DNA of 20,000 nucleotides from an uncultured virus (IMG/VR IMGVR_UViG_3300032046_001865) (lineage: Duplodnaviria > Heunggongvirae > Uroviricota > Caudoviricetes), in IMG/VR virus record IMGVR_UViG_3300032046_001865, positions 52,729 to 72,728 of that record. One strand, 5' to 3'. The translations under genes were made by a program, and so were the position numbers. The notes under the pieces were generated by a model, which saw only the letters and a program-made list of their open reading frames with translations, was not told the origin of the DNA and did no database searches. Positions 1-7,334 of the stretch are shown one piece after another (positions within the stretch are counted from its first letter, which is position 1; each line of letters opens with the position of its first letter).

Positions 1-537
1 GTTGTGTTCTTCGACATCAGCAACCTGTTCTTCGGCGAACGCATCCGTCCGGGTTCGTTCATCATCACAGATCCTGCCATGTCGGGATCCAACGGTCGCG
101 TCTCCATTCGTCTTCAAGACGATGGCAACGGTGGGCTCTTTCGTGCTGACAGCGTCACGCAACGCGCCATGTGGAACCACGTCGGCAACGTCTTCTACGA
201 GGAAGGCGTTGTGGCTATCAAGTCACCCGCGTTACCGTTCTTCGGCGCCGAAGGGTTCGAGATCGAGTTCGAGGGTGAGAAGGCAGTGCACACGACAAAG
301 ATCAGCGTGCTTGTTGATGCGACATCGTACAACACGTCGTCGAACCCGTCGTGGAGCCCGACGATGTCAGCGTCCTTCGACGCGAACCGCGACCCTGAGA
401 ACCAGAAGTTCGTCACGGTCACCGGCGTCAACTTCCACGACGAGAACCTCAACGTCGTGATGCGCGCGCAGCTGGCGCAGCCCATCGTCAAGCGCAAAGG
501 CGACCGTTACCTGCTGCGGATCAAGTACGATTGGTGA
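1..537 (+). CDS. C-terminal part of a probable virion structural protein (tail/baseplate-like); 5' end lies outside the window
   Basis: The frame is open from base 1. The C-terminus VTGVNFHDENLNVVMRAQLAQPIVKR...RIKYDW resembles the 'IT.IGLY......AVAKL..PI.K' ending of large-phage structural proteins (recalled, not searched). Confidence 0.55.
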   Translation, partial: VVFFDISNLFFGERIRPGSFIITDPAMSGSNGRVSIRLQDDGNGGLFRADSVTQRAMWNHVGNVFYEEGVVAIKSPALPFFGAEGFEIEFEGEKAVHTTKISVLVDATSYNTSSNPSWSPTMSASFDANRDPENQKFVTVTGVNFHDENLNVVMRAQLAQPIVKRKGDRYLLRIKYDW

Positions 538-935
538 GAAAGCCTCGCCGCAAGCGCGTCAGCCGCAAAGCGAAACGCGGCGTCTACCGAGCGCTCAAGT
601 GCGTGCTGCCGATCAACTACCGATCCGGGTGGGAGCTCGAGTACGCGAAGTGGCTGGACGCCTGCCCGTCCGTGCTCTCGTACAAGTACGAGCCGTACGC
701 CGTCGGCTACGTCTCCAACATGAAGTCCGGGAAGCTGCGCAAGTACTACCCCGACTTCGAGGTGACGTACACGGACGGCACGAAGGCGCTCATCGAGATC
801 AAGCCGAAGAAGAAGGTGACGTTGGCGCGCAACGTGAAGAAGTTCGCGGCCGCGTCCGCGCATTGCCTGAAGCAAGGCATCGACTGGCGCGTCGTCACGG
901 AAGTGGACCTGAAAGCTCTAGGTTTGCTGAAGTGA
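531..935 (+). CDS. Head completion nuclease, T4 gp4-like / TnsA N-terminal PD-(D/E)XK endonuclease
   Basis: Motifs YRSGWE, WLD, YEP, YYPDF and LIEIKP, ending W.VVTE.DL. The start codon is uncertain (TTG 531 or GTG 534). Confidence 0.8.
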   Translation: MVRKPRRKRVSRKAKRGVYRALKCVLPINYRSGWELEYAKWLDACPSVLSYKYEPYAVGYVSNMKSGKLRKYYPDFEVTYTDGTKALIEIKPKKKVTLARNVKKFAAASAHCLKQGIDWRVVTEVDLKALGLLK

Positions 936-1486
936 GGATCCTCGGGCTTGACATCTCGACTTCGGTCGTCGGTTACGCCATCGTCGAGGCTGACGACATG
1001 AGCCTCGTGAAGATCGGGCACATCGACCTCAAGAAGGCGCCTAAATGCCTTTACCGCAAGGCCGACATCGTCGTCGGGAACCTTCGCGAAGTCTGTGAGG
1101 GCCTTGGGGTCGAACGGAAGTCCGTCTGGGTGGAGGAGCCGGTCATCCGCTTCACGCCTGGCATGTCTTCAGCCCAAACCATCTCGATGCTGCTGAAGTT
1201 CAACGCCATGGTGTCGTACGGCCTCTGGACGGGATGGGACCGCGAGATCGTCCACGTAACGCCTGGCGACGCTCGCCGCACGTGCGGGCTCCTGATGACG
1301 ACGAAGAAGAAGTCGGGCGGGAAATCGCAGAAGGAGCAGGTCTACGACCAGCTCACCGCCGTGGGCGGTTTGCTAGAGTTTCTTCCTTGGCCCATGACCA
1401 AGACGAACAAGCCAAAACCAGAGAATTACGATAGGGCTGACGCCTACGTGGTCGCGTACCACGGGGCGAAGGAGAGCCGCAAATGA
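932..1486 (+). CDS. RuvC-like Holliday junction resolvase
   Basis: The real start is GTG 932, overlapping the upstream TGA. MRILGLDISTSVVGYAIV carries the first catalytic Asp, followed by VWVEEP and C-terminal DRADAYVVA. The ORF-track extension from 599 is spurious. Confidence 0.85.
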   Translation: MRILGLDISTSVVGYAIVEADDMSLVKIGHIDLKKAPKCLYRKADIVVGNLREVCEGLGVERKSVWVEEPVIRFTPGMSSAQTISMLLKFNAMVSYGLWTGWDREIVHVTPGDARRTCGLLMTTKKKSGGKSQKEQVYDQLTAVGGLLEFLPWPMTKTNKPKPENYDRADAYVVAYHGAKESRK

Positions 1487-1659
1487 ACAAGACATCTGGT
1501 TACTGGTGGACGAGCAGCCCCGACGAAGGTTGGGAGGGTTTCGCGCCTTCGCGTGAAGAAGCCCTGAAGCAGATCGACGAGTGCAAGTACGACTCCGACG
1601 ACGAGCTGCAAGAGATCGCCTTCACCGGCCCAAGCGAGACGATCCAGATCAGCCCGTGA
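1483..1659 (+). CDS. Small acidic hypothetical protein (58 aa, MNKTSGYWWTSSPDEGWEGF...QISP); not in the ORF track
   Basis: ATGA overlap with the RuvC stop, AAGGAG upstream, and a GTGA overlap with the primase start. It fills the gap exactly. Confidence 0.7.
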   Translation: MNKTSGYWWTSSPDEGWEGFAPSREEALKQIDECKYDSDDELQEIAFTGPSETIQISP

Positions 1660-2645
1660 TAACCGTCTCGCAGAAGTACGAGCTGCTCGTGAAGCTGCTC
1701 GGGCCTGGCGACATCGACAGCCGCGCGATCAACGCGCAGTTCTGGTGCCCGTTCTGCAAGCACCACGACGCGAAGAAGCGCAAGCTGGCCGTCCGCCTCG
1801 CTGACGGCATCACACATTGCTGGGTGTGCAACTGGTCAGCGAAGAGCCCAACGCGGCTCGTTCCAGTCTTCGGCGCACGTCACCTGTTGGCCGAGCTCAC
1901 AGCTGCGTTCGGAGACGGAGGCACCGTCGTCGAGGATGAGCCGATTGAGAACGTCGCAGACGCCGAGTTGCCGTCCGACTTCTCGCTTGTGTGCGATGAG
2001 ATCGACAACGGCGTGCGCCACCCAGACAAGCTCGACGCCATCAGCTACCTCGAGAAGCGTGGCGTGTCGTACAGCACCGCCAAGTACCTTCGCCTCGGGT
2101 TGTCGACCACCGGAGCGTTCCGACGACGCGTCGTCTTCCCCTCGTTCGACGGCGACGGCGCGCTCAACTACGTCACCGCGCGAGCCATCGACGACGCGAC
2201 AACATTCAAGTACTTCAACACGCAGAGGCAACGCTCTGAGCTCGTGTTCAACGAGGTCGACGTGGCGTGGAACCGTGAGCTCATCCTTGTTGAAGGACCG
2301 TTTGACCTGACCGCTTGCGCTGGGATGAACGCGGTGCCGATGCTTGGCTCGTGGCTCGATGAGAATTACTTGCTGTTCAACCGCATCGTGCTCAACCGCA
2401 CGCCGGTGTGTCTCGCGTTTGATCCAGACGCAGCGAAGAAGCAGGCGAAGGTCGCGGCTCGCTTCCTACGCTACGAGATACCTGTGCGCACCGTTGATTG
2501 GACTGGGCATCCGCTCGATCATGATCCGTCCAAGGTTGGGCATGTAGCCTTCCGTCAGATGGTGAAGGCGGCGAAGACGTTTGACGAGACGACGGCCTTC
2601 CGGTCAAGACTGGCGCGAGCACTAGGTTCGATGAGGTTGACATGA
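1656..2645 (+). CDS. DNA primase (DnaG-like: zinc-binding domain plus TOPRIM)
   Basis: CPFC...HCWVC zinc finger, YLEKRG, RVVFP, LVEGPFD and FDPDA TOPRIM motifs. The likely start is GTG 1656, coupled to the upstream stop. Confidence 0.9.
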   Translation: MITVSQKYELLVKLLGPGDIDSRAINAQFWCPFCKHHDAKKRKLAVRLADGITHCWVCNWSAKSPTRLVPVFGARHLLAELTAAFGDGGTVVEDEPIENVADAELPSDFSLVCDEIDNGVRHPDKLDAISYLEKRGVSYSTAKYLRLGLSTTGAFRRRVVFPSFDGDGALNYVTARAIDDATTFKYFNTQRQRSELVFNEVDVAWNRELILVEGPFDLTACAGMNAVPMLGSWLDENYLLFNRIVLNRTPVCLAFDPDAAKKQAKVAARFLRYEIPVRTVDWTGHPLDHDPSKVGHVAFRQMVKAAKTFDETTAFRSRLARALGSMRLT

Positions 2646-3241
2646 AGATTGCACACATTGCCGATTTACATGTTCGTGGTCTCACACGTCACGATGAGGT
2701 TCGCACCGTCATCACAGCCTTCTGTGAGGATGCCAAACTACGACAGGTCGATCACATTGTCATCGCCGGCGATCTTTGGCACACGAAGACGTACGGCATG
2801 ACAGCTGAGTACTTCGAACTCATGACATGGATGCTGCGTTCGATGGCCGAGGTTGCACGCGTCCACGTCACGTTGGGTAACCACGACGGCGCGCTCACCA
2901 ACTTCTCAAGGCAGGACGCGATCAGCCCGATCGTTGACGCTATCGCTGACCCACGGATCAAGCTGTATAAGAAAAGCGGTGTGTACCCGATCCAAGACGG
3001 TGTCAATCTGTGTGTGTACAGCTTGTTTGACAAAGAAAGTTGGGATGCTGTTGGTCCTGTCGACGGCGATTACAACGTCGCAGTTTACCATGGCTCTGTC
3101 GGCGGTGCGGTGACAGAAGAGGGGTGGATCCTCAAGCATGACGTGACAGTCTCGTGGTTTGAGGACAAGAAGTACGACATCGTGCTGCTTGGAGACATAC
3201 ACAAGCAGCAGTACCTCGGGTACAGGGAGTACGAGGAGTGA
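2642..3241 (+). CDS. Mre11/SbcD-like (T4 gp47-like) metallophosphoesterase nuclease, N-terminal fragment
   Basis: Motifs ADLH, AGDLWH, LGNHD, YHG and LGDIH. The ORF stops before the expected Y-x-GS motif, which is found in 4116..6662. Confidence 0.9.
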   Translation: MKIAHIADLHVRGLTRHDEVRTVITAFCEDAKLRQVDHIVIAGDLWHTKTYGMTAEYFELMTWMLRSMAEVARVHVTLGNHDGALTNFSRQDAISPIVDAIADPRIKLYKKSGVYPIQDGVNLCVYSLFDKESWDAVGPVDGDYNVAVYHGSVGGAVTEEGWILKHDVTVSWFEDKKYDIVLLGDIHKQQYLGYREYEE

Positions 3242-4119
3242 AATCGTGCGCTCGTTGCTTGCAACCGCTCCGCGGAAGACAGAAAGTCTACTGCTCGCGA
3301 ACATGTCAAGCGAAAGCGTTAGGTGTCAAAAGCGCCTACATCGTTGTTCGTAATTGTGCGACGTGCGCCAAAGAATTGGTGATTCGGATTCGAAGTCGCG
3401 GCGAGAGCGATCGTGTGTACTGCTCGAAGAAGTGTTACGGGGTCCATCTGAGCGTTGCGTACGTCGGCGCCGCGAACCCGGGCGTCGGTCGAGTTCGTTC
3501 CGCGGAAGAAACCGCAAAGCGTTCCGAGTCGATGATAAGCAAATGGAACGACGAGACGTACCGAGCGAACGTGCAAGCTGGGCAGGCAGCGTTCGTCGAG
3601 CAGCACGGGCATTGGGGTGGCTCTGACATTCAAACGATCGAGAAACGACGTGCTACTTGTCGTGTTCGTTTTGGCGTTGATCACCCCTGGATGATCGAAT
3701 CGATCCGTGAAAAATGCGAAGTCACATCATTGAAACGTCACGGCAAGCTGACGTGGCAAATCGCGAAGGACGCGGTGCCGACTTCTGACACGCGACCCGA
3801 ACTGCGTTTCGCCGAAGCGCTCCGAGCGGCAAACATCACCCATGCTCACCCGTTCGACGTGTTCTACGACCAACGACGAAAGTTTGAGTACGACTTTTAC
3901 CTCCTCGGCAAGCGAACGCTCGTCGAAGTCGACGGGGATTACTGGCACGCTCACCCTGACAAATTTCCTGAGCTAGACGCGACACAGAAGTGGAATCGCG
4001 ATCACGATCTGAAGAAGAACGAGCTCGCCGAACGATTAGGCCTTCGATTGGTCAGAGTGTGGGAATCTGATGTGATGAACGAGGAACAATTGACGAAAGT
4101 AATCGAGGGCTTGCGATGA
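3238..4119 (+). mobile_element. Free-standing putative homing endonuclease (Vsr/DUF559/EDxHD-like C-terminal nuclease with Cys-rich and NUMOD-like DNA-binding modules)
   Basis: Two CxxC...YCSxxC modules, a NUMOD3-like helix (RSAEETAKRSESMISKW) and a TC.VRFGVDHP-type segment. The catalytic end reads TRPE...YDFYL...VEVDGDYWH...DLKKNELA...LVRVWESD. It lies between two halves of a nuclease domain. Confidence 0.8.
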
Positions 4120-6662
4120 AGAAGTTGATCCCTTGGATCGGATATGCGGGCAGCACTCTTCAGAACACGTACGCGGAAGATCTGGAACACGGTTATCTGC
4201 TTTGGGACGTCGACCTCGCCAAACGCAAGCACACCGTCGATTTCGTTGGCCTTCCTAACCCGCGTCCGTTCGTCACGGTGGATTGGGCAGGTGACGTTGT
4301 CTCAACTTTCGAATCTGCGTCCACCTGGCCTCAACAGAGCCGCTTCAGAATACGTTCGGCGTACGCGCTTCCGTCATCCGACGCAGCGTCTCTCAGCGCG
4401 AAGCTTCGCAAAGATAAGCAAGCTACCGAGATCGTCTTCAAGTCAAATGACGAGGAGTCGGCAAAGAAGTTCGCCTCAGCCAGCCTTGGCGTTGACGTGC
4501 GATCCCTTGACGCAGTCGAGGGTTTGCTGCGTGAATACTACTCCAGTGAGGAGTTAGACGACACGACATGGGATGGAATGCATGACGCGCTCGTGGCTGT
4601 CCACCCACAAGCCATAACTGAGGATGACATCGCTCGTGGGACCGTTTGGACTCTCAAAAGTTTGGAGTTCGACAACCTGTTTGGCTACGGAAGTTCTAGC
4701 AAGATCAACTTCGAGGACAAAGCAGGCATCGTTGGCATCTTTGGTCCAAACCAGATAGGAAAGTCTGGCATCGTTGGCGCCATCATGTACACGTTGTTCA
4801 ACACGTCGGATCGTGGCGCTGGCAAGAACGCGCACATCGTCAACAAGAGGAAGAAGCTTGGATCGGCGCGCGCCGTCGTGAACGTTGTAGGCTCAGACTA
4901 CGAGATCAAGCGACAGTCTGAGAAGGTCATCTCGCGTGGACTCCTCACAGCCAACACGTCTCTCACGTTGAAGCAGATGGACGGCGACGGGCTTGATCTC
5001 ACCGGAGAGCAGAGGCCGGACACTGAGAAGAATCTTCGCAAGCTGATCGGCAACTACGAGGATTTCGTCGTGACGTGTGGATCAATGCAGGACGACGTGT
5101 CACGTTTCCTTCGCGAAGGTGCCACGCAGCGTAAGGCGATCCTGTCGCGTTTCCTAGGCATAGACATCTTTGAAAAGATCTACGCACTGCTTAACAGCGA
5201 GCTCAGCGAGGCGAAGAGCAAACTCAAGAACGTTCCGTCGCGTGACGCGTTGCTGGATGAGATGAAGCAGCTCAACGAGCTGCAGACCACGTCTCACATT
5301 TCACTCTCTGCCAACGAAGTCGAGAAAGGGTTGTTGGATTCCCAACGCTCAGAAGCTTACGTTGAGATGCAGAACCTTGCAGCGGCTGTCGCCGTCAGAA
5401 AGGCTGTCGTCGAGAAGAACGACATAGTCAAACACGCGCTTTCTAAGATACAAGAATGCGCGAGCGCGATGCGTTCTGTGCAGACAGAGATAGACTCAAA
5501 GAAGACAAGCGTCGTTGTCGCCGAAGCACTCCTGAACGACTGTCTCACGTGGGACGAGATGGACGCTCGCCGCACGCAGATCGGCAACGCACGACTAGCC
5601 CTTCAGACGCTGAAGTCTGAAGCTGACAAGCAAGGGTTGGAACTGGAGCGCTCGAAGAAGATCGCGTTGAAGCTCGTGGATGTTCCTTGCGGGGATGAGT
5701 ACGCGGATTGCGTCTACATCAAGGATGCTCACAAAGAGAAGAAGCGGATCGCGACGCTAGAGGAGCAATTTCGTGTGGCGCTGGATGAGCATGCGACTGC
5801 TGCGAACTTGATCGCTGACCTCGGTGAGAGTGACCTTGATCTCGCTCGAAAGACGCGAAAAGGACATGAGGAGAGCATTGTTTCTCTCAACTTCCACATC
5901 AACGCTCACGAGTCAAAACTGAAACAACTCGGTGAGGAACACGACAAAGCGAAGGCAAGCGCTGCGAAGTACGCGACCATCTCGTTGGACGACAGCGACA
6001 TCGAAGAACGACACGCAGCAGCCATCGCGCTGCATAAGCGATTGACCCTTGATCTAACGAGCGTGGATGGACACATGAAGACCACCTCGCATTTGCTAGG
6101 CATTTACGAGGCAAACCTGAAGAAGGCGCAGTCAGATCTCGACATGCGAGTCACGCTCGAGCGTCAAGCCCGTGTTCGTGAACTGCTTGTGAACGCGTTC
6201 TCACGTCGTGGCATCCCCAACGTCATGTTAGGCAGGATGTTGCCGGTCGTGAACAGTGAGATGAGCAAGATCCTTAGCGGCGTGACCAACTTCAACGTCA
6301 CGCTCGTGGCGGAGGATGCGACCAACGCACTTGAGATCTACATCGACGATGGAGACACAAGCAAGGAGAGCCTTCGTCCGCTCGAACTCGGTTCTGGCAT
6401 GGAGAAGACGATGGCGTCTCTAGCGCTCAGAGTCGCGCTGAGCAACCTCACGACTCTCCCCAAGACTGACTTCATGATCATCGACGAGGGTTTCGGCTCG
6501 CTTGACGACGAGAACGCTGTGGCATGCGTGTCGTTGATCCGTTCACTCAAGCAATGGTTCCGTTTCGTGCTTATCATCAGTCACGTGGACATCATCAAAG
6601 ACGCTGTAGATTGTCACATAAATGTTGTGACAACACCCGACGGAGCGCAGGTGGTAGCGTGA
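4116..6662 (+). CDS. Fusion of the Mre11/SbcD C-terminal portion with a Rad50/SbcC (T4 gp46-like) SMC-family ATPase
   Basis: N-terminus WIGYAGSTLQNTYAE...GYLLWD (the SbcD Y-x-GS region). Then Walker A GPNQIGKS, Q-loop SMQ, coiled coil with a Cys pair, signature GSGMEK, Walker B/D-loop IIDEGFGSLD and H-loop ISH. A GAGGG SD-like sequence and an ATGA overlap mark the start. Confidence 0.9.
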   Translation: MKKLIPWIGYAGSTLQNTYAEDLEHGYLLWDVDLAKRKHTVDFVGLPNPRPFVTVDWAGDVVSTFESASTWPQQSRFRIRSAYALPSSDAASLSAKLRKDKQATEIVFKSNDEESAKKFASASLGVDVRSLDAVEGLLREYYSSEELDDTTWDGMHDALVAVHPQAITEDDIARGTVWTLKSLEFDNLFGYGSSSKINFEDKAGIVGIFGPNQIGKSGIVGAIMYTLFNTSDRGAGKNAHIVNKRKKLGSARAVVNVVGSDYEIKRQSEKVISRGLLTANTSLTLKQMDGDGLDLTGEQRPDTEKNLRKLIGNYEDFVVTCGSMQDDVSRFLREGATQRKAILSRFLGIDIFEKIYALLNSELSEAKSKLKNVPSRDALLDEMKQLNELQTTSHISLSANEVEKGLLDSQRSEAYVEMQNLAAAVAVRKAVVEKNDIVKHALSKIQECASAMRSVQTEIDSKKTSVVVAEALLNDCLTWDEMDARRTQIGNARLALQTLKSEADKQGLELERSKKIALKLVDVPCGDEYADCVYIKDAHKEKKRIATLEEQFRVALDEHATAANLIADLGESDLDLARKTRKGHEESIVSLNFHINAHESKLKQLGEEHDKAKASAAKYATISLDDSDIEERHAAAIALHKRLTLDLTSVDGHMKTTSHLLGIYEANLKKAQSDLDMRVTLERQARVRELLVNAFSRRGIPNVMLGRMLPVVNSEMSKILSGVTNFNVTLVAEDATNALEIYIDDGDTSKESLRPLELGSGMEKTMASLALRVALSNLTTLPKTDFMIIDEGFGSLDDENAVACVSLIRSLKQWFRFVLIISHVDIIKDAVDCHINVVTTPDGAQVVA

Positions 6663-6859
6663 TTCGTCAGTGGAAACGAAAGGGATCGCCTGTCAACAGG
6701 CCAAACCTCTTCTGTCCCAAGTGTGATCGGTGCATGTACACAAAAGAAGATGTGCGCTCTCGTGAAGAACGCGGATTTTGTGCGAAGTGCTCAGAAACAT
6801 CTGTCACATCCGAGTATCAGACGGATGTCGTCACCATCGTTATCCGTGAAGGTGCCTAA
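6659..6859 (+). CDS. Small CxxC-CxxC zinc-ribbon hypothetical protein (66 aa)
   Basis: GTGA overlap with the Rad50 stop; contains FCPKC and GFCAKC. Confidence 0.65.
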   Translation: MIRQWKRKGSPVNRPNLFCPKCDRCMYTKEDVRSREERGFCAKCSETSVTSEYQTDVVTIVIREGA

Positions 6860-6873
6860 CTATCGTTAATAAC

Positions 6874-7326
6874 ATGGCTGACAAGAACATCGATCTGAAC
6901 GCGCTTGGGCAGGCAATCGACACGTCGTTCACACGTTCGAGCGCTTCGTACGGTCCGGCTTTTGAGACACACTCCATCAAGGTGGGGTTCGCTCACGGTG
7001 ACAAACTGAAGATCAAGGTTGTCTACTCCTGTGTGGTGAACATGGTTCGTGATCGTGACATCCAGGAATCGAAGACGACGTACGAAAAAGAAGGCGACGC
7101 TTACATCGACGCCGCCTCGAAACAGATCGTCAAGGATTACCGTGAGATCGTCGCAGGCGAGGATGATCACAACGACGTTGCCGATATCGCAGGCAACGAA
7201 GTGAAGTCAAGCATCAAGCTCACGCGCGCTGACGTTGGCACCTCCATCGAGATCATCGATCTCAACATTCACAACAACAAGAGGTCTGCGCTCTTCCGAC
7301 GTATTGCCTTCTTCGAAGTGACTTGA
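6874..7326 (+). CDS. Hypothetical protein immediately upstream of the terminase
   Basis: 150 aa ORF with codon style like its neighbours; fills the gap. Confidence 0.7.
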   Translation: MADKNIDLNALGQAIDTSFTRSSASYGPAFETHSIKVGFAHGDKLKIKVVYSCVVNMVRDRDIQESKTTYEKEGDAYIDAASKQIVKDYREIVAGEDDHNDVADIAGNEVKSSIKLTRADVGTSIEIIDLNIHNNKRSALFRRIAFFEVT

Positions 7327-7334
7327 GGTGATCC

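Noticed and set aside
599..931. N-terminal extension of RuvC in the ORF track
   Set aside because: It overlaps the gp4-like gene in another frame; the RuvC fold begins at GTG 932.
531..935. TnsA as evidence of a Tn7-like transposon
   Set aside because: No TnsB/TnsC or transposon ends; size and context fit the phage gp4-like head completion protein.
3200..4150. Intein or group I intron as the explanation for the sbcD interruption
   Set aside because: The three ORFs are in different frames with their own starts and stops, so there is no intein. No non-coding segment or recognisable P/Q/R/S core is visible. An intron cannot be fully excluded without RNA data.
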